Assembly (NCBI GenBank): GCA_037447605.1
Contig: CM074806.1
Coordinates: forward strand, 930,001 to 994,000
Direction: 5' to 3'
DNA: 64,000 bases
Source of the DNA: Zygnema circumcarinatum SAG 698-1b
Lineage: Eukaryota; Plantae; Zygnematophyceae
The notes under the pieces: generated by a model
Database searches by the model: none
Seen by the model: the letters and a program-made list of their open reading frames with translations, nothing else
What the model was told of the DNA's origin: nothing
In this document: positions 21,681 through 34,630 of the stretch, piece by piece
Numbering within the stretch: the stretch's first letter is position 1
Layout: every line of letters begins with the position of its first letter
Made by a program: the position numbers and the translations under genes

Positions 21681-24600
21681 TCAGTCACCTTCAGATGTAA
21701 CTTCGCCGTTTGCAGTTGTCTCTTTTGACGACTGTGATTTATCCTTCTCTCCTTTCTTTCCCACTGTCACATCCTCTTCTTCCTCCTCTTCACTGTACTC
21801 GCTCTCATAGTCATCGTCATAGGTCTCGTCCTCTTCAGGCTCCTCCTCCACTTCATCCTCTCCCGCATCAGCGCTGCGGACTTCATCAGGGACAAGCACA
21901 GGGGCTCTTGTGCCAGCCCGACTTCTCTTGCCAATCTGCAGCGAGCACGCCATAACACAAGCCTTGGGTCAGCTCGCCTACTGAAGTATTAGGGCAGGGC
22001 ATCCTAACCCCAAGCAGCCTATTCAGATTCTGAAATATTGTTGGCCAGTTGTGATAGAGCAAGGACTACAGTATGTCAGCTGTCATCCCTGACAAACAAA
22101 CTTAGATCTAATTTCACCGCCACCAAATGTCTCGCTTTGGGTCAAGGTCATCCTTCAAGGTTTATGTGCATAAGGCTTCAACTATCAAATAGAAAATCCT
22201 CGTGCGGATATGAATGCATCACATAATCTCGACCTCCTCTCTATCTCTTTGACAAACACAAAACCCTCTACCTTGCCGCCACCATCCCTAAATTTGAGGA
22301 ACACTAGCACACACATATACTTCGATATAGCAGCTTGAGCAGTGCCCATCATCTTCACACAACAATGAAACTCACCTTGACTTTGAGTGTGGCTTTCTTG
22401 TCGCAGCCTATCCAAGTGTCCGACAGGCAGTGGACTGTTAGATTGTAGACACCCTCTGCAGGTGCCTGAAACTTGCTCATCACAAGGCGAGCCCCATCCT
22501 TCACCCGATTCACCGCTTCCCGAACTGCCTTCTTCACATCTGCATCAGGTGCTCCCTCACCTTCCATGGCATCCCTGACAAGCTTGCTTGCAGCTATTGC
22601 TCCTGCAGCCTCATCAGTGAAGCTGATTCGTTGAGATACCCAAACACTATTTAGGCTTGTATCAGCCAATAGCAGCCAGTAGTGCTCCTCTTTTGGGACG
22701 GGGAAATAGGGGCAGTGGGGATGCGCAGCCACAAGCCCACAAGGGCGTTGAAGAGTCACCCAAGCTCTCAAAGTGACAATATCTCCCTCTTGGATGCCTT
22801 CTTCTGCCTCCGTCTCACAGACCACATCAAGTGAGAGACGCGGCATCAGATTAAGCACTGCTTCTACATCCCTTGCCTCGCCTTCTGAAAGTCCACCAAC
22901 ATCAGTGAGAATCTCCTGCCGTTCCAAAGGTTCAAGGTCCCACAGCTCTTGAATCGTTCGCACTTTCTGCATCCCAACGTGAGAGCAAGCAAAAGAGAAA
23001 TGGCAGTGCTCAGAAATGCAGCTGAGCCCCACAACTCATATCCCTTCCATGGACATCTTAGGTATCCCTTCGTATGGCTGACCCATTAAGAACACGACTT
23101 CCTAAAGCTGCTGCAATAAGGTGTCTTTCAGACTTAGAAGTGGGATTTTTTGCAATTTCTGCTAACCTTGCGCCCTATTTTTTTCACCACCGAGTCGTCA
23201 AAATGAGGTAGCTGTAAGAAGGCTGCCGGCCCTTCTGCCCCTCCTGCGGAAGCAGCCTTTCGCGCACTCAATGGCACTGCCTGCCCAAACCCCAAATAAG
23301 CAATATGAGCGGACCCATAGGATAAGCAATATGAGCTTAGCCATAGGATAAGCAGTATGAGCGAAGCCATAGGCCCTGAGCACCTCCATACTTGAAGGTC
23401 TGTTACGTGCAAGCTTAAGAAGTCGGGTGGAGTCGACAGATTGAACTTATCCTCAGAAAGCAGGTTAGCCTGCCATTCCTACATTCCAGCAGTTCTTTTG
23501 GCAAGAACACACCTGCATAATGCTCTGTGACAGTTCCATGACTCCAAGTGCCGGTCGTAACCAGCCGTGCTGGTCAGAAGTTCGTGGTATCACTGACATC
23601 TGACACCCTTCCCATGACCCACAATTTATTGTTTGCCGGGTTCAGACTGCTAGGCTAAATAATGGGCAAGATGAACTTTGCAGATTGCATACAGCAGCAG
23701 CTGACAGCTGACAGCATTCAAAGGATGAAAGTGGAAAAAATTCACAAAGCATAGGCCTTCCAGAATACGCCTACAATGTCACAGCTCACGTTCCAACCCA
23801 TATGTATGTAGGAATTTTGCCTCTCTTCGTCTCCAAACTTCTCCTCATTAGCAAAAACAACCTACCTTCATCAGTTCCTCAAGTAGGCGAGGACTGAGAC
23901 GTAGCACATGCTGTAAGTCCGCCTTCAAACCTCGTACCACTTCATCACTTTGTCGTGTCAATTGAGACAGCAGCAGCAGCTCCACCTGCATACCATACAA
24001 CCCTAAGTCCCGTCAAACTTCCAAGTTTGCAAACCATCCCAACAAACTGCAAAGGGGGGACAATGATAGAGCAATGTTCACATTCATGCAAAAGCACTGC
24101 CTGATAAATCACTTGCAAACCGGAATTTGGGCAACGAAAAGAAAGACATGGGCGTTTCCCCTGACAGAAGCGCAATCTATATGGAAATGACACACTGAGA
24201 CACCCCCCATCAAGAACAACAGGCAAACCCACCTGTAAATATGAACGATTTATTATTTGGTAGTCTGCCTACCTTCACCAATGCAGGGTGGCGCTTCCAG
24301 AACTTGGCTGTCTCCTGCTTCAAAGCCTTTGGGTCCAACCCCAGCTCGCTCCGTACAGCCGCAAAAAGACGCATAAGTGGCTCCTGATCACTCCGTCGAA
24401 CGGGCATTTCTAGAAACTCCGCTGCACAGAGAAGGACCTCCACAACTTTGCTGCACTTCCAATACCCACCAACCATCTTGCAGCCTTTAGCTCCACCTTC
24501 AGGGAGATGAAACAACACGTCTACACCATCTAATGTGAAGCCTGGAATGCCTTGAAGAGGCCGACCTTGCAGAATGTAAGCCGAGACGCACAGACCTTAA

Positions 24601-27094
24601 ATTTCTCTCGTGATGCATTCACCAAGATAGATAAGAAAAACTTTCATGCCAAATTTAACAATGGCAAACGAAACTGTTGTCGCTCAACGTGGCTTATGGA
24701 AATGGTCGTCAAAAGTGGATAATCATTTTTGACGACGCTCAAGTGTTTCATGAAGGCATAGAAACCCCCTCCTACGACATCCTCTCACTACGCCCTTTAC
24801 AGTCGAAGCAACAGCACAGAGTAAGACATATGCAGCAGCAAGGAGAAGAGGCCCACCTTGGTGCAAGAGATGGTTTGATCAGGTGGAAGTAGTTGACAAG
24901 TGTCTGGTTCATGATGTTATTGCCAGTGTACTTTGAAGAATTGGACAAGTAAACAACTGCCACAAGGAGTGGCAGAAGTATGCCCATTCCAACCAGCCCC
25001 AACAGGAGCACTCCACCCTGAAACATCCAATAAAGAAAAGATTCACTTCGAGAAACACAATTCTCTTGAAACAACAGAGCACAGACATAATAGCATTGTG
25101 CCGCAGACCAAGGCCAGCAGGATGCTCCAAAATGTGTCAGTTGATAAAGTGTGAGCCCAACCAACGAACAGAAACGAGTCAATCATGATTTCATCACATA
25201 TCTGCCAATAAATTTATGGTCATGAGTGTCCCTACGTAAACACGATTCAAAGTAGAAAATTTCATGAGTTTTCTGCTCTGCCTCTACTTACTAGCAAACT
25301 TAACTTGATTCCCTTACAGTATCGTGCTACATGTCAATTGCACGTACGCCGAAATTCACAATTAAGAGTAAGAAGTGGCCTTACTGCTGGATTCCTAGAT
25401 AGGCCACCATCAACAGAGTAAGTTAGCCAAAGGTCACACAATATGAAAACCTTCAACAAAATGGGATTGAGCGAGCCTCAGTTTTAAAAATCGTTTCAGC
25501 CAGTGAATTCATTCTACTTCGGCCCTAGCTTTGGAAGTTAGCATCACTCACTTGTGGCCCTTGAATGTCCAACATGAATTTTGGAAGGGCAATGCCCACA
25601 TCAATTGCCTGTAAGCATCCCAAATGCAGCCCATATCACCTTGTGCACAACGATAAACAATAAAGCAATGTCGAAAAGGTGACCTGCACAGTCTCACACT
25701 TCTTGATCCTCAGTTTACATTCTTCAACAGAGTGGCACTCACTATTATGCAGACAAGCAATATCCATTACCCTTACGCACAAATTCCCATAGTATGGAAG
25801 TACGTATGATTGATTTTTATGTCCACATTGAAGCCATTATTACTGCCATAACTACTTCGCCTCATGGTACTGTTAGCCCTAATCAATCACAAGTACTGGG
25901 TTCTTTACACGGAATCATAAACGTAGACACGAAACTCAACCTTTTAGAGATTTCTAATAGACTGTAAAGCATACAAATAATTGTAACCCACCTGGCGACC
26001 ATCTGGATGACCATACTCCTCCAAGTTCTTTCGTGCCACTTCGTCCGTCAGTGCCTGGTAGGCTTTGGAGATGTAGTCAACAAAGTACTTGGTAGCAGCT
26101 GTCCTCCACAGATAACCAATACCTCCCGTTTTTACTTGCAGCACAACCCGCCACTATCTGAACTCTAACACATAAGAGTGACTACAAGGCGGACCTTCGT
26201 GGACCTCCATTGCGCTTAAACCGTATCATAGAACACAATTCTAATAATGAAAATGATAGAAGGAAGGCAGGAGCGATGGCTATCGACAGTGAGGGATCGT
26301 CATAAGTATAAGAATTCGGACAGAAAGATAGAGCACTTTACGGTTAGAAGGAAAAACAGACCTGGATCTGGATTCTTATCCGGATGATACTGCTTCGAGA
26401 GCTTATAGTAGGCCTTTTTGATATGCGAATCACTGGCTCCAGGTTGCAGACCTAGGATAGAATAGGGTTCAAATGGTTGTATCTGCATTACGCGTGAAGC
26501 ACCGCTGGTATGGTGGTGAATTTCACAATACCCGTCATTCCTGCTTAAGATTCCTGGCAGAGACATAAGCTCCACATGCCAAAATAGAGTCTCTCTCCCC
26601 TACCGGAGGCTTACAGATAACCTAAAAAATGCGTAAAGGAAAATTGGCATAACTAAAGCCGCGGGAAGGGGATCTTGAGGAGACCTCCCGGGTGAGTGTT
26701 GCTATGGCATAGGTTAGCCCAAAAATGGCCGTCCACATGATGATGAGGGTGACATTGGTGCAGGAGAGAAAAACTCCAACCTGCAGAGCCGCAAAACCAA
26801 TCCTACTATACTCTGGTCAGCCACATCAGTCAAAAACCCTTTACACCGCATGCATCCAACCACCGAGCAGAGGGCCGAGAATTCCTCATTTTAAACAAGC
26901 AGCACCTTGCTCGCCAAAGACGTCCGATTCTTGGGAGCTTTGGCGCAAAGGGAGCAAGAGCACTGGAGGCTCTTGGCCTTTCCAATCTTCAACGCCTGCA
27001 GAAAGCGGTAAATCGTCCATGGAATTGCAACAAGAGCCAAAATTGTCAGCACGAACACCGGAAAGAGCGCACTCATATCATCCCGCTGCGCCAT
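21681..27094 (-). CDS. ERDJ2: DnaJ/Sec63-Brl domain ER translocon protein (ERdj2/Sec63)
   Basis: [19 protein letters not shown]; J-domain FEPYSILGL...YHPDKNPDP; [19 protein letters not shown]; HGWLRPA; [15 protein letters not shown]; IQEGDIVT; [11 protein letters not shown]; acidic C-terminus; TGA at 21681. Confidence 0.95.
23296..23373. repeat. Three tandem 26-bp repeats in an ERdj2 intron
   Basis: ATAAGCA(A/G)TATGAGC-nnnn-CCATAGG x3, with variable 4-mers GGAC/TTAG/GAAG, inside intron 23281-23512. Confidence 0.9.
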
Positions 27095-28441
27095 TCCGAA
27101 ATCCTTATCTGCTCTGCTCCAGCCTCTGCACGGTAAGAGGACTGGGCAGGGCAGAATCTGAGCCTTTGTGAGGGTGGCAAGCACAACTGTCCAGTAAAGA
27201 GAGGGGGCAAAAAATAGGGCTAAGGGCAGACTTCCATGGCTCAGTTTTTTAAACGGCTAACCTTTCTTTTGTTACATGGACCAGTTCCGTCTTTTGCGCT
27301 AGGCTTCCAGTTCGCTCAGTTCTACAGTAGTACCGTACTACCAATAGGTTTGAACTTTGAACAATTAAAGATTTTGGCTGTTCGAAACAAAACTATTCGG
27401 AATCGGTGTTTAAAAAAAAACTGTTTCCACTTCTGAACATCGGTCCTTGTTCAAATGCGGGTCCAATACAAAACCAATTAAACATTGAACAATTAATTAC
27501 CGGTCATATGTTCGCATTTCGAGGATCCTATCACAAGGGAATAGAGAAGAACAAGGCATTGAACTCACGATGGCGAGGCCACGAAGGACGGGTCGCAATG
27601 GACCTGTGGGAAAAGCCTAAGGTTTCATTTCGGAATCATCCCTCTCGCTTTTTGAAAGCGATACGTGGCAACACGCCAAAGTAATTCCGCGCCCTCTGCT
27701 GCCAAGCCTAAGCAAAACTTGCTCAAGTAACGTATGTTCCTTCATGTTCCTTCATGAAGCTTCGTATCTATTGTTGCCGAGGACACAGCATTGCAACAGC
27801 TCAAAAGTTGAAGGTTCCATGTATGAAAAGGCCACTCTCATTAGCTCGACAACATCCTTAGCAAATGACAGGGTGGCTTTCCACGAGGGTTTCCTCTGAC
27901 CTCCGTTCCAATGCAATTGGATTTGCTACAGCCAATGTGCAGGCAGCCATCTGCAAATCTCCATAAGCTTATAATCCTTGAGAGTTAGAATTTTCTGAAG
28001 TATCTGTCACTACGACCATGCTCATCTAGGGTCTACTGTGAGCTGCTTGACACTCTTGCCATCCTCAAACTGGTACATGTTCGCCTTATTGGGCATGAAA
28101 AATGGCATACCTCAGCGGAAACAACTGCCTGGCTCACATGACAATGACTGCCTCGCTCACTTGAACTGTTTCCGAGCAGCTATCTCCCACCCCTCCTGTA
28201 TATACATCACAACTATCCGCTCCAATCCCTATGAACAATCTCTCATGGGTGCCTTCGATTAGCTGCTATATGCATCACCTCACTGTACATGATTACCCCA
28301 ATTGCTGATACTTTGCATGTCTGCCTGTGAAGTAGTAGAACCCACTCAGGCGAGCAGGATCTTGAAGTCTCCAGAGGAAGAAAAATGGGCCACAAGTAGC
28401 GCTGACATCGGCGTAAACTTGGAAGCTGTGGTCTCATCAGA

Positions 28442-31400
28442 TCATGAGAATAAGTTCATATGTTGGTCTCTCTGCTGCTGTTTCCCTGCCAAGAAGTCTG
28501 ACATAGGCTGCAGGTTGGGTGGCGTCTTGATTGCCAACAAGGCCCTTGCATGGAGTCTATACCTCTGGACAGCATCAGCAACTTCCTTTCCACTTTTTGT
28601 CAAAAGGGCTGCTGACAAGGGAAGTTCTGAATCTTCTGCACGAGAGCCCATACTCAACTCGCGTGCAAAGTGCTGCCGCCATGTTTCCCTTCTGCATAGC
28701 AAGTGGAGATAGCAAATGTTACTACGCCTTCAGCTCCTCGGCCTCTCAGCTGTACGCTCTTTCCTAGAAAGGAAAACGCAATCTGACACGGACAGTGAAA
28801 AATGCTTAGGGATGTTGAGACTGGGGAAACTTCAAACGTCACCTCATCTGCATTTCCCGAACGTGTGCCACAAGGCGAGAACTTGTTTGTTGCATAGTAT
28901 ATGCTGCATCCCAGACACCGTCCACGGCCTCTTGCAGTGTCTGTAAGTGATCCCATAGTGATGCCACAAACTGTTGATGCGTCGATACGAGCTCGTCAAG
29001 CGTCTGTGCGATCTGCCATTACAACAAGCAGATCAAAACGTGAAGTCTGCTAGTTTTGATTTCCTGCGGTTTGAAGAGGTTTCGGATGGCATGCATGCAG
29101 TCAACTTTAGGGACAATAGCTCTCCATTGTAGCGACCTGCTAAGCAAAAAGCTACCTGCAAAGCAAAAATCGCAATATCTGTGTATGGGAGAAGGAAGAT
29201 TGGACAAAACACTTCTAATATTCCTGTCTGAACTACAAATTTAACAGACATTCAGTATAAATTCCACAGTAAATTTGTAAGATTTGCAGATGTGAATCGC
29301 AGTCGCTAGCTGGCAACGCCTCTTGAAACCTTTCTTTCCACCACTGCGCTGTCATCAGCTAGATAGGCGTTCTTTATAACAAAAAGATTTTGAGGTACTC
29401 GGGAAACATGGGTCGCTCCACCTCGAGGCATGAACTTAAATCAACGAACTTGAATGACTCAGTATCCAAACTCACCACCACTCACTCACCACTTTGTAAA
29501 TAGTGGTGCGGATAGAACAAACAGAGCTCTGAATTTTCACGCACCTGTGCTGCATCCTGAAATACAGTCCACGCGTTTTCCACCACCTCCAGCATGATGT
29601 AAGATTGGAGGCCCTTGACGAAGTAGTGCATCTCCCAACGCCCAGCCATACACTGCCTGGCAATGTCTGCTAAAACTGCTCCTTCATCATTGTTTTCTTC
29701 CTGCTCCACACTTCCATTCGCGCCATTCCCCTCCATGCCTCTCACCTCTCCATTTTCTCCAGATCTTTCTGGCAAGGCCAAAAGCTGCTTGACTTCTCCA
29801 GATCCCCATTGCCCTTTTTCCACCCTGAAAGCTTCTCCCACTTGTTTCGGTTTGAGTCTAGATCCGTGACCTTGCAGGCGGTAAACTTCTTTCAAGGAAA
29901 AATGCATGCCCTTAACAGCGAGCAGTACCCGGTTCAGACACCACAGAAAGTTGAAAATTTTACGGTACTGTAACATGGTTTCTTCCGTCAGAACAGCTGC
30001 CAAGGGAGCACTGACGCCGTAATCCAGAGCAAAGACTTTCCATCCTCTTGTGCCACCATCACTGGAAAACCCCGCCCAAACAGCCCCACATACCATCATT
30101 CGAAGTTAAAGCCGCCACAGCCTTCAAAGGTTTCTAGCTAATTAAATAGGCACTGACCAAGCGTTACTCAATTCTGATGAGTAACGAGTCGACAGGTTAA
30201 AGAAAAAAAGAGCAACGAACCGGTGTGGAAGGAGCTTCACGTCTACATTTCCCACAAGATCGCTCTCATTGTTGTTGTTCAGAGAGGCTAGTAAGGCACC
30301 TGCACTTGTTTCCCCCGATCAATGTACTGGTCAAAAAACTAAAAGGCCTACTTCGTCTGAATCCTAAATAGTAAAGAAGTCATTTGAAAATGGTCGTTTC
30401 ACAAAGAAAGGAAATACAAAAGGAGCCACAGAAATGGACATACTCTTCAATAGAAGAATGCTCACTTCCCGGGCTGGCCTGTTCAACTCTGACGACACAC
30501 GTTCCATTAAATCCTGTCCAAGCAAAGAGATATTACAGACGAGTTGTTGAAATTGTTTCAAAGTATCCAAGGAACTACAAAATAGCAGCTGACGAACTCA
30601 AAAAAAGTTGGGGCATGTGCATGGACGAGGAAGCATCCCTGGTTCGTAGTTCTCACCTGGACAAACTCTGCCCGTGCCAAAAACAGATAACGCTTAATCG
30701 CCAGGCAGTGCTCCATGAAGCGGAATTTCTCCATTAAAACCTGTCAGAGTTAGCACACATGATGCCTATAAACTCCTGCACAGATTCTTTCTGGCAGTTG
30801 AGATAAGAAAGAAATCTACGAATGCAAGAAATCCTTCTAGTACTCAGCAATCGACCAAAAACTCTACATACGCTCTTGAGAGTGGTTGTTACAGGTTGGC
30901 TTCATTATCCATGAAATAACAGGGACGTTATTTAGTGGAGAATGACGTCAACCTATAACTGCCGCCTCTTACTACCTCTTACCTTTTGCCACTGCTTACC
31001 CGTCGTTCTCTCCGCATTCAACAGTTCCATCTGAATGACACGATAAGAAGTATTTGCGAATGGATGTGCAGAACTGACCTTCACAAGCTGAGCATCAGTA
31101 TGTGCAGCTGCCTCATTCACCATCCTTTGTAAGGCCGCGACCCGACCTCGTGAGAGCTCCACTCGAGCAGCTGCAATCGCAGCAGGGTCCGCCTTTTGAG
31201 CTCTCGTCCACTCCTGTTCTTGGCAACATCTGACAGCAAGTTCTTGGTATCTATGAGATGCACTGCATTTTTCCCTTTCTGAACACAAACAAGTGGATTG
31301 CTGAAGTTCAAAAATAATCACTTTTGCCATTCACACGGCATTGCTGACATCACCTCCGACGAGCTGCAACGATCGTGAGAGTGCAAAGGATACAAGCTAC

Positions 31401-34011
31401 ACAAGCTTTTGGTGCACACCTGCGCAAGAAATTTATGGATTTTCCAGCGCGAAGCACAGTTGTTCCGAGGCTGTGTGGGAAAAAGGCTGGCAACATGGCC
31501 CCCTCCAGCCTGCAAGAACCTCACCAATTTCAAAAAAATTGATTGGGCTAATCATGAGCCGATAAAGGTGTTTGGTAGCACTAAAACTACAAACCGAATG
31601 CATGCCGGATGTGGATGAGAAATTTGCAGGACATGCTTCTGCTTGGAAGGATTGGGCAAAGATAGGACAGACCTGTAGCCATTCTGCCAGAGGCGATCGT
31701 CGCTCACTCCAGGACAGCTCACCACAAAGAATTCACTGCGAGGGTCTTGTAGCACACCCTGATAAACCCACAGCTGCACATTTTCCAGGATGGGCTCACA
31801 GCAAGCCTGAAGAAGTTGACTAACGAGAGCCTTGTGGTGAGTGGCGCCATGGTGAAGCTCAAGCTGGAGAGTTCCTACAAGTGCACCCCCTTTCAGCCCC
31901 CTGCACTGGCGGTCAAAAGTCTGAGGATCAGGAATTCTCCATAGACAAAAAAAAAAAAAAAAGCGAATACACGAGGTAACTGCCAATGAAACAAGTGAGT
32001 GAAGTATTCCAGCACTTCGGAAATGCAAACGTTCAGTTGAACCATCACCCCATTCAACGAATCAGCAACTCGAATCCTGCCTCACTCAGATTGTGTTCTG
32101 CACCTGAAACAGCTTGACCCTTCAAAGTTCTCTATGAGGAAACTAAGTCATCTCTATGAGGAAACTAAGTCATTTAAACCTAACCTATATAAAGGTAACT
32201 GGTTTGACAACATGTATCATTAAAACTTCGATTCACGATTCGAGATGCATTAGTCACCTTTTTTGCTTTCAGCAAGCAGGCCAAGAACTATAAGCCTGAC
32301 CAATACTGAACTATCTCTAATTATCTGTGCATTTGCCGCTTGATAAGCGTCCTCTCAACCGACCCAAACAGCAATTCAATCTAACAGGGGATAATCCAAG
32401 CACCGGTAGAACTTCGTGAGAACGGTATAGGCATTAATGATGAATAAAATCTGTCACGGGTACTCTGCCAAGTTACGTGAGCGTACCGGCAACGGCCTGC
32501 AGCGGCAGCTAGAATGTGCATTCGTTCATTAAGATTTGAAAACAGAACCGAAAGCCGCAATATAGTCAAATACTGCAATTTTGCCGGTGTTGAGTCAGGA
32601 GATGATGTGGACGGAGTAGGGATGGGATGACGTGAGCCTCTCTCAAATAATGTCAACGTGTGCTGATACGCTGCGAGCTCCTGTTCCAAAGCTGCACAAA
32701 ATGCCTGCAGCGGCAAATTTTTCTACCTGAGACAATCTTGCACGACTATGCCTTTGCAAGCTTTTTCATATAATCAGAACTTCAGCGAAGACACGCACGC
32801 CTTTCAGCAGAGTTTCACAGCATACTGAGAAAGAGCCAGCTGCTCTCGCGATCCACCTCTATGAACGTCTGGTTGTTAGTTCTGCATAACACGTCTTGAG
32901 TTTGTCGATAAGAAGTGCTGTATCTTGGACCTACAATATAACTCCTCCTAAACAAACAAAAAAATACCAGTATCCCGCAATTGGGAAGAATCTGAGTCAA
33001 GAATGCCTTTCTGCCTTATAATACTATTGGTTATATCCTGCAGCATTTGACTCCCGTACACGCTCTTGCTGTCAAATTCAGATCACTCATGACTACCGGA
33101 ACTGAATACAAGTGACAATATACCTGACCGACAACTCCAACGGCTGCAGATCCCTCGGCCTTGCACTCCAGCAGGAAAGACTGCACCTTACGAAAAAGAA
33201 ATCCGAGCTCGCACAAGGCAAGTGCTTGTTTCCTGACCAAGAACGGAAAAACGGTCAGAGCAATGAGCAGAACCCTAAAACGAACAATGCAACACGGCCA
33301 TGGTACTCTTTGTGCGGACAAAAAAAAAATGAGATAGATGTTCTCGAATCTGAATATCGAATGAACACAAATATCTGCCACTTCTGAACCAATCCTCTGA
33401 AAGTACCTTGATCCTCCAAACAGTATCGCAGTGAGAGCAGACGGGCAAGGCACAGAGGTAGCGGCTATAGTGTGTCAGCCGCCGACTCAGAAAATTCTAG
33501 ATTCAAAGTAACTGCTCTAGATAAAAGTTAAAAAGCCGCAGAGATGTTTCAATTTGCTATGGCAAACTGCCTGATGTTGAAGCGGTTCGTCTGACCTTTT
33601 TGCGGGAGGAACGTCAGCATCGCCATAGAACTTGTAAACATTTTTTATCGGATCTAACTTGATCATAAGACCATCATTTCCTCGCCAAATGGAGAGAAGA
33701 TCTTGCACAAGCCGCTGCTCTACTGCAGGATTGTGAATCTGTGATCTCCATGGTTTCTGCATCTTGCGCTGCTACAAACACGCAGTCGACTATTTACGAT
33801 TGTCGTTGCTTTCAGATAGCCTATCCGACAACCTTCAGGTGCACAAGAAAGCCAAAAGCAATGGTAGCGAGAGGGAAAGCACGCACACTCGCGCAGAGGA
33901 CAGTCAAACCCATGCACGGTAAAGAAAGCCTTTTGGCGCCAATTTTTGGGCGGTGCGTTTGAACCTTTCAATCTGAACTTTGCCCTTCGCAGGTTCATAC
34001 TTTCTCTCCAT
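28442..34011 (-). CDS. Gamma-tubulin complex component 3-like (Spc98/GCP3 family), strongly diverged; both ends uncertain
   Basis: ELGFLFRKV, VGVVGQ|AFCAALEQEL, GGALVG, WVYQGVLQDPRSEFFV, LRAGKSINFLR|RCC, HCLAIKRYL, RGWKVFALDY, IFNFLWCL.RV, EMHYFV..LQSYIMLEV occur in GCP3 order across at least 12 exons. Confidence 0.8.
32129..32172. repeat. Perfect 22-bp tandem duplication (intronic)
   Basis: TCTCTATGAGGAAACTAAGTCA x2. Confidence 0.9.
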
Positions 34012-34099
34012 AAAATTCCAGAATTAGGGGGACTCAGACATTGACCATCGCCGAATCAATTTAGTAAGCCTGTCGTGCGAATTAAGCATCGGCTAGGTA

Positions 34100-34576
34100 C
34101 AGGGGGTCCTCGTCATATTTTCCACCTTCAACAGTCCGTCGCCAATAAATTCGCACCGATTTTGCCGAAACCACCTTTTTGTACGGTAACTTTGTGTTAG
34201 CCGTACTATTTGTACTATTCGTACTATTCGTACTAGCCGTACTAGCTGTACTAGCCGTTACGGGCTTAAGCAAAACTCCTAATCTCCCCGCACGTGCCGC
34301 CGTAAGAGGCGCTCGCTCTTCTTCCTTTTTTTTGGCTTCGATACGATACGATACGATACGATACTATCGGTACTCACCGTACGAGCCATAGTAACCGATA
34401 CGGTACGATACGGTACGATATGACAACAAACTATACGATACGATACGTACGGCTTTACATGAACACTAACAGAATTCCGCTCGCCTATTGGTAACACGGA
34501 CCTTCTATTTGCCAAAAACAATATTTTCGCCCGGTATTTGCCGAAACCAGGTGGAAAATATGACGAGGACCCCCTG
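34100..34576. mobile_element. 477-bp non-autonomous Tc1/mariner-type MITE
   Basis: Perfect 28-bp terminal inverted repeats (CAGGGGGTCCTCGTCATATTTTCCACCT at 34100-34127; reverse complement at 34549-34576), flanked on both sides by TA (34098-34099, 34577-34578); interior made of GTACTAnnn 9-mers and GATAC 5-mers; no transposase. Confidence 0.92.
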
Positions 34577-34630
34577 TACACGAAACTTTGGCTTTTAGTA
34601 TACTAAATTCGGGAATTTAGTACGGCCCCT

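Noticed and set aside
23296-23373. CRISPR-like array (constant repeats with variable inserts)
   Set aside because: Variable part is only 4 nt, there are only three units, it is intronic in a eukaryotic gene and there are no cas genes.
27322-27500. Second MITE starting TA|CAGTAGTACCGTACTAC
   Set aside because: Only a local 15-bp hairpin; no matching right TIR found.
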